Below, one piece after another: positions 1-12,800 of a stretch of DNA of 64,000 nt. The stretch lies in NCBI GenBank assembly GCA_963514005.1, contig OY740784.1:27280001-27344000 (forward strand), in the 5' to 3' direction. Source of the DNA: Raja brachyura. Its lineage: Eukaryota. Under the pieces are notes generated by a model. The model was not told the origin of the DNA and did no database searches. It saw only the letters and a list, made by a program, of their open reading frames with translations. Within the stretch, counting starts at the first letter, position 1. Every line of letters begins with the position of its first letter. The translations under genes were made by a program, and so were the position numbers.

Positions 1-284
1 CGCCCGCCCGCCATTTTGTCGGCTGTCGAGTCCCACGGGGGAAAGAAACCGATGGCTCAAAAGATAAACGAGGCGCTGGAACACATAGCGGCCGCCGAGA
101 AATGGTGAGGGAGTGGATTTGGTTTGGTTTGGTGGGGTGGAGTGGGTGATCACCGTTCCCCCGGCCGAGCGGCCGAGCGGGAGTGGGGGGTTGAAGCGCC
201 CGGAGACCCGGGTGGACGCCGCCTGACGCCGCCTGACGCCCCTCTGCGGGCGTGGAGCCTGCTGGGAGTTGTAGTCCGAGCCGG
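1..284 (+). promoter_or_regulatory. NAPG CpG-island promoter and first-exon region
   Basis: CpG-rich; YY1-type GCCATTTT at 10-17; ZNF143-type GGACTACAACTCCCAGC on the minus strand at 261-277. Confidence 0.6.
52..104 (+). CDS. NAPG: NAPG coding exon 1
   Basis: [17 protein letters not shown], donor TG|GTGAGG, in a CpG-rich region. Confidence 0.93.
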
Positions 285-3200
285 CTGTCAATGTGTTCAA
301 GGAAGGACTGCAGGTGCTGGAACATCGAAGGTAGACAAAAGTGCTGGAGAAACTCAGCGGGTGCAGCAGCATCTATGGAGCGAAGGAGATAGGCAACGTT
401 TCGGGCCGAAACCCTTCTTCAGACTGTCAATGTCCTGGGGCCAACATGCTGGGGTAACTCAGAGGGACAGGCAGCGTCTGTGGAGAGACGGAATAGGGGA
501 CGTTTCAGGTCGACACCCTTCCTCAGACTCAAGGGGGAGGAAAACGAGAGATATGGGAAAAGTATGATGTGAAAATGACAGGTAGACAAAAATGCTGGAG
601 AAACTCAGCCGGTGAGGCAGCATCTATGGAGTGAAGGAAATAGGTGATGTTTCGGGTTGAGACCTTTCTTCAGATTGATGTGGGAGAGGGAAGAAGAAAG
701 GAAGAGGCGGAGACAGTGGGTTGCTGGGGAGGGGAAGGAGGGAGAAAGCAAGGACTACTTGAAATTGGAGAAAATGACAGATCAGAGTAGACGCTGATAA
801 GGAAATGTAGAATGGTTCATTGTAGATAATCGCAAAATTCTAGAGTAACTCAGCGGGACAGGCAGCACATGTGGAGAGAAGGAATGGGGGACGTTTCAGG
901 TTGAAACCCTTCCACAGACTGATGCTGAACTGTCACCCATTCCTTCTCTCCAGAGATGTTGTCTGTCCCGCTGAGTTACTCCAGCTTTTTGTGTCTATCT
1001 TTCTTGGGTGTCAATCAGCATTGGCAATTCCTTCTTGCACATGTAGAATGGTTCATTGTTGGCTGAGGGGAAGGTGACAAAAGGCATACAAGCAGTAAAA
1101 TTAATCAGAAGGACAGTGAAACTAGTCGGAGAACTTGGGTGGGGAGGGGTGGACAGAGAGGGAATGCAAGGATTTCTTGAAGTTAGAGAAATCATTATTC
1201 ATACCACTGAGTTGTTAGCTATTCAGGTGAAGTATGAGGTGCTGTTCCTCAACACTGTCCTTCTGATTCATTTTACTGATTGTATGCCTCGTTGTCACCT
1301 TGCCCTCAACCAACAATGAACCATTATACATTTCTTTAATCATTGTCTGCTATGATCTGTCGTTTTTACACCCTGCCCTACCATCTCTCCAGTTTCCTTC
1401 TTCCCTGCCTCTGAAGTTCTCGACCTGAAATGTCACCCATTTCCTTTCTCCAGAGATACTGCCTGTTCTGCTGAGTTACTCCACCATTTTGCAGCTATCT
1501 TCAGTGTAAACCAGCATCTGCAGTTCCTTCCACACACAATGTCCTGAGGGGCTGCTAATGCACTACAGCTCCCATGAGCCTTTACAGCCCAGCTGGTTGG
1601 TTCCTACCTGCACTGTCTCCATTGATTGGAAAGGAGGAAAGAGGCATTTGCGAAACCAGTCACTTCGCCCCATACTGACCAAGTTGCTCCATCTACACTA
1701 GTCCCACCTGCCTGTAATTGGCCCATATCCTTCTAAGCCGTTCCTACCCATTGTAGTGTACGGGTTAAACAGCGAATTTCAGCTAAAATGTGAAATGGAG
1801 TTATCAGCTAAATTAGGAGCAGTGCATTCCATAGCCCTGGAAATCAAGATGCAGATGCATTATCCCCTAGAATCGACCTTGCAGTTGTGCACTTTGTCTG
1901 GGAGTGTGGCCTTTCTCGGGCCATTCTATGGGAAAGCATGGCATTCGTGACCAAAAAAACAACAGCAATGATTGGGTGGACCACCTGTGCCCCCTGCTGC
2001 TAGTAGCGCAGAAACATTGCAGACAAGGAGGCATATGATTGTCTCGGGGAGAGGGCAGTGGCACGGTCTGCTCTGATAAGAACTGCCATAAAGGGTGGTG
2101 TTGGGCGCGCTTTTGGATGAGAGCCCCAGCTTTGGACTGTGTTGCGAATGGTGCCAGGTAATCGAGAACAGGAACATCCTGCGGCGTGCTTTATCTGCAG
2201 TTCCTTCCTATACATCTTTTCAATATTGTTGTAGTACCTGCCTCGGGTACCTCCTCTGGCAACTCGTTCCACGTACTCACAGCCCTCACTTTCTACATGT
2301 CCCTTGAGATGCACTCAATTGCAGTAATGACCAGATATGGTTCCCTTCAAATTAAAAATATTATCTTAATACCATAATGGAGTTTGAGAAGACACTTGAT
2401 AGAACATGGAACAGCACAGGATCAGGCCCTTCTGCCCACATTGCCTGTGCTGATCATGATGCCATGACTAACTCTTATCTGCCTGCACATAATCCTTCCA
2501 TTCTCTCCATACCCCATGTGCCTATCCAAAAGTCGTAAGTGCCACTATCGTATCTGCTGCCATTTTCTACCCTATCCATGTCTCTCAGCATTGTGCGTCG
2601 TTTGTTGTAACCAGCAAATGCAGTTCTTTGTGTCTACATAAACTCATCTCATTTGCCTACACATGATCCATACCCCTCCATTCCTTGTATATCCCAGAGT
2701 CTATTCAAAAGCCTCCTACTGAGCATGTTAACCTCAACTAATTAATGTACAAAGATACATGGGTCCCTTTGAACAACAAGCTGTCCCATTTGTCAATATT
2801 TAAAAGCAACATTTTATTTTTCAACCAAGGTGCATGCCCTCAGATTCTTTCAAGTAATATTTCATTTGCCATGTGTTTTACCTTTCACATAACATGTGTT
2901 TATCTCCATGTACATGATTACTTCTTGATTAGGTTAGTTTATTGGACATATGCACCTGGCTGTAATGAAATGCCTTGTTCACAGAGAAAACAGCATTAAT
3001 GCAGCAATAAATACAATGATGGATAAGAATGGTGAGAGGATTGCAGTGCCATCTGAAGTAGTGCATATACATTATTGAAATATAATAGAATTAACTAAAT
3101 GAGGTATAAATAACAGGTGGAGTAACTCAGTGGGTCTGGCAGCATCTCTGGAGAGAAGGAATGGATGACGTTTTGGGTCGAGACTGTTCTTCAGACTGCC

Positions 3201-6200
3201 AGCTGAATCTTCGATTTAGACCAGCATCTGCAGTTCTTTCCTACCTATAATTAGCAGTACATGGCAGTACCTCTGGGAAGAGAGTGTGAAAAAGGTGATC
3301 TGCTCAGGATTCTGATAGCAGTGGGGAAGATACTGTTTCCAGGTCTGGATGTCTGAGCTTTCAAGCTCTTGCACCTTCTCTTGGAAGGTAGATGAGAGAA
3401 AGGGGAATGGCCAGGGTGACAAGCTATCTTGGAAATTCTTCCAACCTACCCAAATTACAAGATTCCCCAGTTTAAAAAAAAAATTCTTTAAAATTGAACT
3501 ATTTCATTCATAATGCTTTTCCCCATTCTTCTTAACTTATTTTTAAGTTAAGTGCACCTCAGGACCTGTGCTGCACAGCTGACGGACGTCTGGACTGACA
3601 TCTTCAACCTGTCACTTGCCCAGGCAGTTGTCCCCACGTGCCTTAAAACTACCTCCATCGTGCCAGTACCAAAAAACTCCACTGCAGCGAGCCTCAACGA
3701 CTTCCGCCCAGTTGCACTCACCCCTATCATCGCCAAGTGCTTTGAAAGGCTGGTCACGGCACACCTCAAATGCTGCCTAACTCCCACTCTGGACCCCTAC
3801 CAGTTTGCATACCGCAAGAACAGGAGCACGGAGGATGCCATCTCAACGGCACTCCACTCCGCCCTCTCCCACCTCGACAACAGAAACACTTATGTGAGAA
3901 TACTGTTCATCGACTACAGCTCAGCATTCAACACCATTATCCCCTCTAAATTGATCGCCAAACTCGATGACCTGGGCATCAACCCCTCCCTCTGCAATTG
4001 GTTACTGGACTTTCTAACCAACAGACCACAGTCTGTTAGGTTGGATAACCACTCCTCTTCTACTCTCACTTGAACACTGGCGTACCCCAGGGCTGCGTGC
4101 TGAGCCCCCTCCTCTACTCCCTCTTCACCTATGACTGCATACCTGTACGTGGTACCAAAACCATCATCAAGTATGCAGATGACACGACGGTGATTGGCCT
4201 CATCAGCGACAACGATGAGTCGTCCTATAGGGAGGAGATTCGGCTCCTATCAGCATGGTGTGCAGACAATAACCTGGTCCTCAACTCCAAGAAGACCAAG
4301 GAGCTCATTGTGGACTTCAGGAGATCGAGAGGCTGCACGCACAACCCCATCCATATCAACAGGACGGAGGTGGAACGTGTCTCCAGCTTCAGGTTCCTGG
4401 GGGTCAACATCTCCGATGACCTCTCCTGGACCCACAACATATCCTTGCTGATCAAGAAGGCTCACCAGCATCTCTTCTTCCTGGGGAGACTTAAGAAGGT
4501 CCACCTGTCTCCCCAGATTCTGGTGAACTTCTACCGCTGCACCATCGAGAGCATCCTTACCAACTACATCACAGTATGATATGGTAACTGCTCTGTCACT
4601 GACCGGAAAGCTCTGCAGAGGGTGGTGAAGATTGCCCAATGCATCACAGGATCCTCACTCCCCTTCATTGAGTCTGTCCATAGTAAACGTTGCCTGCGCA
4701 GGGCGCACAGCATCGCTAGGGACAGCTCACACCCCAACCATAGACTGTTTACCCTTCTCCCATCCGGGAGACGTTACAGGTCCCTCCGCTGCCGTACCAG
4801 CAGACTCAAGAACAGCTTCCCTGCGGCTGTCACACTTCTCAAAGCTGCACCTCAATGACTGCCTGTCTCCACCCCTCCCCTCCCCCCCCCCCCCCCCCCC
4901 CCCCGGACTATCCAATCACCAGAAAATTGCATGGATACCACTGTATATGTTTAGATGTATATACTCGTACTACTGCGCAATTACTTGTTTATTCGTAAGT
5001 TTGCCCTTCGGAGATACCAACTGCATTTCATTGTCTCTGTATTGTACACTGCACAATTAAAGATTGAATTGAATTAAAATTTATTGTTATATGTTTGGCG
5101 TCATCTGTAAATTTAGAATTTATCGCCTTTTGCAAATTCAGACCGATAACATATTTCAAAGTAGGTGCAGTATTGTTTTTTACCTCCAAGGCCACTTCAG
5201 TCTAATACAAATGTAGCTATGAAACTAGAGAGCATAGCTTTAAGGTGAGATGGACAAAATTTAAAGGAGATGTGCAAGAGAAGTTTTATTTAACACATAT
5301 ATCTATGACAGTAAATTATTTCAATTCTTAATATTGATCCTGTTTTATTTCCAGTCTGAAAACTGGCTTTTTAAAATGGAAACCTGATTTCGATGGTGCA
5401 GCATCTGAATATGCAAAGGCGGGTAAGAGTGTTATCATATCTGACATTATTTTGAGAGGTTTTGGGTTGATTTTTATCTAAAGCGTAATCCTTTGCCATA
5501 TTATATATCGAATCCTTTTACAATGAAAGTTGCATGCTATCTGCATCAATAAGTAAGTCTAAAATCCTTTTCCAGCCTGATGCCACCATTTTGGAATTGA
5601 CACGTACATAACATAAAATGTTACAATGAAATAGTTATGCAGCACAGAAGCAGCCCCTTCAGAATTGTATGACTATGCTTGGTTATAATTGGGAAAATTT
5701 TTTGCTTAACTTGTACACAAGATGTCAGAATAATGCGACATCCTTTTTTAAAAAAAATATTTTTATTAGAAGCAATGCGTATTGCCAACAATATAACAGT
5801 TTTTCAAAAACACATTTAACTTGTTTCAAAAATTATACAAATATTACGAAATGATTTATATAAGCTTCTATTTTTTATTTTTTTTAGAAAGTAAAGAAGT
5901 GAAAGAATAGATCTATAATCAGTGGAGATGGTGATTAAATAATATTGATTATGATTATATAAGAAAAAATAAATAAAATAAAATAAAAAAATAAAAATAA
6001 ATATAAAGAATAATACAAGAAAATAATAATTATATAATTTTAAAAAATGAAGTATACATCTTAACAATGAATGGTAAAATTTCACATAACAATATCTATA
6101 GAGACGTGTATACAAATCCCAGAATAGATCTTTTCATCTAATCCTACAACCGGGTATTTATTGAGTGACAATGCTGAGCTCAGCTACCCCTTCAAATAGT

Positions 6201-6780
6201 CAGTGAATGGAGACCATATTTGTTCAAAAAGTTCATATTTGTCCATTAGGACAAACCTGATTCTCTCCAAATGCAACGTCTCCGACATTTCCACTGTCCA
6301 CATTTTAATTGTGGGGGATAATGTTCCCAGAATTTTAATATTAATTTTTTCCAATTATCAAACAGTAATCAAGAACATTTCTTTGATTTACTGTTAATAT
6401 TAGGTTTGAATCAAACTCCTAATATTATTAGCTTTGGGTCGGGATCCAATTTAAATTTAAGAACTACAGAAATGATTTTAAAAATATCAGTCCAATAACT
6501 ATTAAGTTTTATACATGTTACAAAACTATGCGTTAAATTAGCTTCTGAATTCTGGCATTTATCGCAAATAGAGGAGATGTTAGGAAAAATTCTATTTAAT
6601 TTCGTTTTTGAATAATGTAATACTTTGAGTTGTATCAAGGTATGTCTGGCATTTAACGAACAACAGTGTATACGTTGTAGACTTTCTTCCCAGGTATTTT
6701 TCATTATAGATAAGCCTATTTCATTTTCCCATATTTGTCGCTATGATTCTGTTGTTGGGATTTCCGTATCCAAAAGAGTA

Positions 6781-6811
<31 letters not shown>

Positions 6812-9800
6812 GCCTCTAATTTGTAAATACCTAAACAAGTTATTTGGATGCAATCCATAGATATCTTTTAACTCTTCAAATGAGAGAAAATTTCCTTTCC
6901 TCTAAAGGTGTTCTATCCTTATAATTCCTAAATTTTTCCATTGTCTAAACCCCTTATCCAATATAGAGGGTTTAAATGAAGGATTATTCATAATTGGTAT
7001 ACAAAGCGACATATTATCCAAATGTAGAGTCTTAACTATTTGTTTCCAAATACGTCTATTGCTATAAATTATAGGGTTTTCCCTATAATTTTTTTTTTGT
7101 ACTTCCCTTGGAGCAAAGAGAATCGAACGTGTATCAAAAGGTAAACAGTGTTACGTTTCCATCTTTAGCCAAGCTGGATCCATATTTACCAGCCAAAAAT
7201 TCATATTCTTAATCTGAACCGCCCTAAAATAATATTAAAAATTAGGTAGTGCTAATCCTCCATTTATCTTAGATTTACATAAATGTTTTTTACTTATTCT
7301 GTGACTTTTATAATCCCAAATAAAGCTATTAACAATAGAATCGATTTAAAATAAAAAAAAATTTAAAAAAGTTTTAGGGAGGTATAGAGGGATAGCTTGA
7401 AATAAATATAATAATTGTGGTAAAAAAAATCATTTTTATAGCATTTATTCTGCCAATCATTGATATTGGTAGTGTTTTCCAGTATAGAATATTCTTTTTT
7501 AGTTTTTTGAATAATTGGGGGTAATTTGATTTGAATAAAGAGTTGTAAGATTTAGATGCATTAATTCTGTCCGTAACTATTTTAAATGGGAATTGTTGTA
7601 GTACATTTGATTTTATTCCATTTATAGGCATAATTTCACTTTTATTCCAATTAATTCTATATCCTGAAAATGTACCAAATTTAGTTATAACATTAAGTAG
7701 ATTAGGAATACTAAACTCCGGTTTTGTAATATATATGAAGACATCATCTGCATGTAAAGATATTTTATTCATTGTGGTATTGGTATTATATCCATATTTC
7801 TGGATCTGATCTAATCCATTCGGCTATTGGTTCTATTGCAAGAGCAAATAATAAAGGTGATAACGGACATCCTTGTCTACAACCCCTAGAGAGATTAAAT
7901 TTGGCTGATAACATTTGATTTGTTAGTATTGGGTTAGAATATAAAATTTTAACCCATTTACTAAATCTATCCCCCAGTTGAAATTTCTGCATTATCTTAA
8001 ATAAGTAAGGCCATTCAACCTGGTCGAATGCTTTTTCTGCATCAAGGGATATGACAGCTAATTCAATATCATTAATTCTTTTTGAATATATGATATTGAA
8101 TAGATGTCTCAAGTTATGTGGAATAACGTTTGGGAATAAAGCCTGTTTGATCATGATGTATTAATTTATTAATCACTAAACTTAACCTTTGAGATAAGAT
8201 TTTAGTTAATATTTTTTGATCAGTATTTAGAAGAGCAATTGCTCTATATGATCCAGGATCTTCCAGATCCTTATCTACTTTAGGAATGAGTGTGATTGTG
8301 GACTTTAAAGTTTCTGGTAACTTTCCTTGTTCGTAAGCGTATTTATATATTGTTTGTAAACGTGGCGACATCAAATCGTGAAACTTCTTAGAAAATTCAA
8401 CACTTAGACCATCGGGGCCAGCAGCTTTTCCATTTTTCAACGATCTGATTGATTCCTCAATGTCTTTTACTGATATTTCAGCATCTAACAAGTCTCTTCC
8501 TTCCTGATCCAAACCTTTAATATGACATTCATGTAGGAATGTTTCCATTCCATCAGGTTGACCCGTCAGTTTAGTTGAATAAAGTTTTTGATAGTAATGC
8601 AGAAATCTGTCATTAATATCTTTTGGTAAAGTTAGTATTTCTCCTTGTTCAGGTCTGATTTTATATATCATTTTTTCCTCATCTAATTTTCTAAGTTGGC
8701 GTGACAAAATTTTTTGTGGTTTATCCCCGAATTCAATCCTTTTTCTTTTTTTGCATGTAACTCCCTCTTGTATCTGTTTTGATGTAGCTGTCGCATTCAA
8801 AAATGCAAAGCAGTATGACCAAGCTAAGGATGCCTACCTAAGAGAAGCTGAATCACATCAGAACAACAGAGCGTATCCTTTTCAGGCTACTAAGGACTAT
8901 TGAGAACGGCTCCTTCATGGAAACCGGTTTCTTGATTTTTATTTTCTTCCAATACACTTTAACATACTGCGGGCTTATTTTAATTTGATAAGATTAAAGT
9001 TGTCAGAGGATATATCATGGATTTTTTTTTTTCGCTGCATACTTAGTTGAGTTTTTGTGAAGGCCGGCCTGCTTTTACACTGCAAAGTAATTGGAGGGGT
9101 TGATTATGAGAGGCTTTTTTCTGAAAGGAGAGGCTAGAACTAGGGGAAGAGAAGAAGTATCTTTAGTTTTTAAATTCTACATTCTAGTAAATATACTACT
9201 GGAGATAGACATACAATGCTGGAGTCACTCAACGGGACATGCAGCATCTCTGGAGAGAAGGAATGTGATGCTGCCTGTCCCACTGAGTTATTCCTGCATT
9301 TTGTGTCTATCTTCAATTTAAACCAGCATCTGCAGTTCTTTCCTACACAAAATACTACTGTAGGTACAGATAAGATGGGTTTAGAGGAATATGTGGCAAA
9401 TGCAGGCAGGTGGAACTAGGGTAAGTGGGGCATGTTGGTTGGTGTGAGCTAGTTGAGCCAAAGGCCCTGTTTCCCCACTGTATGACTCTGACTCCCAAAA
9501 GTAATCAAAACAGGGATGTGTGTGGCACATTGGACTTTAAGGGAACAGAGGGATATGGAGAGAATGGTGTTGAATTCTAAGATCAGCTGTGATCTAATTC
9601 AATTCTGAATTGGGCTTGGAGGCTATTGGACCTACTCCTTTTCCACATATTCTTACAAAGCAAGACACAAAGTGCTGCAGTAACTCAGCGGGTCAGGCAG
9701 CATCCCTGGAAAGCATGGATAGATGATACTTTGGGTCTTCACACTTCTTATAAAACTGGGAAAGAATTGTGTAAATACTGTTTCAACTGTTAATTCACAG

Positions 9801-12800
9801 AATTAAATTACATTATACTTTTTTGAGTTTAATTATGAGGTTGGATTTTGTATTTATAAAGTTCCAATTTTTTTTGTTAGTTTGTCATCCTTGGAGGTTC
9901 TTAGGGTGCTGGGGCTCAATTTATTTATGTTTAAAACCTTTAAAAACCTTTAAACCTTTGTCAGGCTTTTCAGTTGGAGTTGTCATGCTTTGTTGAGTTG
10001 TTTGGCTTTGCACTGAATAGAAGATTGGGTTCTTGGCCCAGTAATTGGAGTACATGATGCACCCAGAAGCAATGTGTTTCAGATGCTGGTAATCTGAATC
10101 ATAAAGAGAACATGTTGGAATGAACAGCACCAAAATGGACATAAGTTGCAGATTTGAAAATATGCTTTTAAAATGATTGTGAAGTGCTATGAATAAAATG
10201 GGGTTTTCATTTTAAGACTAAAATTTCATCATATTTCATGAAAATGAATGGATAAATATGAACTTTTAAGAGGCTAATGAATTATTGTTGCATTTCAAGT
10301 AATGTCAAGAACTAAATGAAAAATAGATCTGCCTGATCAAATGAATATCTGTAATGTTTTTGTTGCTTTTATGAGTCTTCCTTAACTGTCTATTCACTTT
10401 AGTTTCTTCCACGCTGCTAAGTAAGTAAATTCTATGTCTTTTCTGTGTATCCCAGAATTTTAATTGAATATAAATAAATACAATTTAGAGCAAAAATCAA
10501 AGCGCTAGAAGAACTCTGTCAGGCAGCATCTGTGGAAGGAATGGACCAACAACGGTTTGGATGGATATCCTTCTTCAGGCTGTATACGGTGAAGTTGCAG
10601 GATAACTTTCCAAATGATTTCCAATCGGATCTATTATTTTGTCTTTTGCTTGTATTTCTAGGCAGTTAAAAATACATGATTGAAAAGAGAGGATTATTTC
10701 TCTATGTTTATGTTTGAAACTCTAAATTTGTCAATAATTTTATTAACACTAGATTCCATTCCCTCAAGGTATGTAGGTGTCGTTGACAACATCAGCAAAT
10801 ATTTCCCTATTGTTTCCTCTTGTTCTAGATGGCTTTGAGTTCTTGAGTTGTGTTGGAGCTGCATTCAATGATGCATATTGATAAAATTTAGTTAAATTCC
10901 TAATTTGTCTGTCAGATTATAGTTTATTTGCAAATTTCTGATACCTGTTGTAGCGCCTCTTCTGGTTCATGGTGAACATTTACCCAGTATGTTAATGTTG
11001 TGGGATTAAATGATGGTAATGCATTGATTGTCAAGATGATGTGGTAGGATTCTCCAGTTGCAGCATGTCTTTGCCTGATACTTAAGTAACTTGACTATGA
11101 ACTCTCCCTAGGGGTGTGTAAGTGCTTTGTCAGCTGAAGCGTTGTGAATTGAACTAAAGACGGCACAATCAATTGCAAATGTCTAATTACTTCTGTCCTT
11201 TTTATCTTGGCCACTATCCTATGATTGTTTGGCCCAAATCATTTTGAAAGGAACTTCTATGGTGATTGGCTTCCAATCTTCAGCCGTCTTCCTCTTTATT
11301 CAGGTTGATTCCTGTCAAAAGACTTTTCACCAATTCCCATTGACCTCAATTTTACCAGAACATCTTGAAGGTTCAGTTGGTTAAGTGCTATCTTCATGTT
11401 GAGGGTAGTTATTAACACCTAACTTTTTGTGTGATCACTGGCTGTAATAAGGGGTAGAGCCTCTATGTTCTGTCACAATCGTAGAATCTTTACAGCTCAA
11501 AGGGAGGCCATGCTGGGGTCATGAGGTGTTGTTCTTCCAGTTTGCATGTGGCCTCACTTTGGCAGTGAAGGATGGCGAGGACAGACCGGTTGTAATAGGA
11601 AGGGAAATTGAAGTTGCTAATAAGCTAGGAGGTCCAGTTACCCCAAGCAGTCAGAACTGGAAGACCAGCACCCCTTATTCTGCTTGGATAGCTGGCATGA
11701 ACATGGAATTCTCCAATTTCAGATTAAGCTTCTCCCTTCTTGTCGACCAAGATGCCCTCAACGCATACCATTTTGTATATCCCCCACCCCCCTGCCTTCC
11801 TCCTCCATCAGTTCATCCACACCTCTTCTGCTCTTTCCTCTACCTCCAGTTCCTTTACTACCATTCCTCTGGTTCTACATTTCATTCCCCATCTTCCTTT
11901 TGTCAGATTCCACTCTTTTGTCTTTGCCACTTATTACCTCCACACTTCCCTCCCCCACCTGGCTTCATCTGCCAATCAACCCCTTTACCTGGAGGTCCCT
12001 TTTATTTGTCAACTCTGGCCCCTCACCTCTTTCTTCCAGCTATCTCCCCTCTACTCCATCTGTCTGAAGAAGGGTTTCGACCCGAAATGTCACCCATTCC
12101 TTCTCTCCAGAGATGCTGCCTGTCCCACCGAGTTACTCCAGCATTTTGTGTCTACCTTCGAGTTCCTCCAGCAATCTGTTTTACTTTTTTTGCTTGGGAG
12201 GGTCCAATTCTTACTTGCTCCTGTCTCCAATTAATGCTATTGTTCATTTTGTAGTCAATATTTTTCCTTGGACTGAATCGGTTAGCTTTCTGAGTGTGCA
12301 AGCTTGTTAGATTGCACCTTTCATTGGTATAAAGTCCGTTTACACTCAGTTATATATCCCTTGCCTGTAATCTATTTCATTTTCTCCACAGAGCATTTGA
12401 ACAGGCTGGAATGATGCTGAAGGTTCGTCCCTTGGCTATTTTGAATTATAAAAATTGATTCTTTAAAATAAAATCAAGTAAAATTCATATATTTTTAAAC
12501 AAAGTAGTAAGAATATTCACTTGATACCACCAATAATATGACAGTTTTGTGATGTAAGATTTCCAAGTTATTTGTTATTTGCATGTTGCTTTCGACTTGC
12601 CCAATGGAATAATGTTACTGTATCTATGAAAATGATGGCGACATTTTGGTGAAGACCTGTATTGTAGATGGAATAGCACTTTTTGAGCTATGGTTATTAC
12701 TATAATGATTTTAATGTACATTTTGACATGGATTAACTCAGCGGGTCAAGCAGCATCTCTAGAGAAAAAGGATGGGTGATGTTGCTGGTATGACGCTTCT

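Noticed and set aside
930-955. Repeat-derived GEKEWVT resembling BCL7 WEKKWVT
   Set aside because: It is the reverse complement of the ubiquitous Penelope-derived repeat, not an exon.
4871-4903. Poly-C tracts (also about 27079-27108 and 39557-39579) as G-quadruplex elements
   Set aside because: Homopolymers within or beside TE sequence; lengths are error-prone and there is no evidence of function.
11526-12254. 242-aa ORF
   Set aside because: Low-complexity translation of a Penelope 3' UTR; no splice or homology support.
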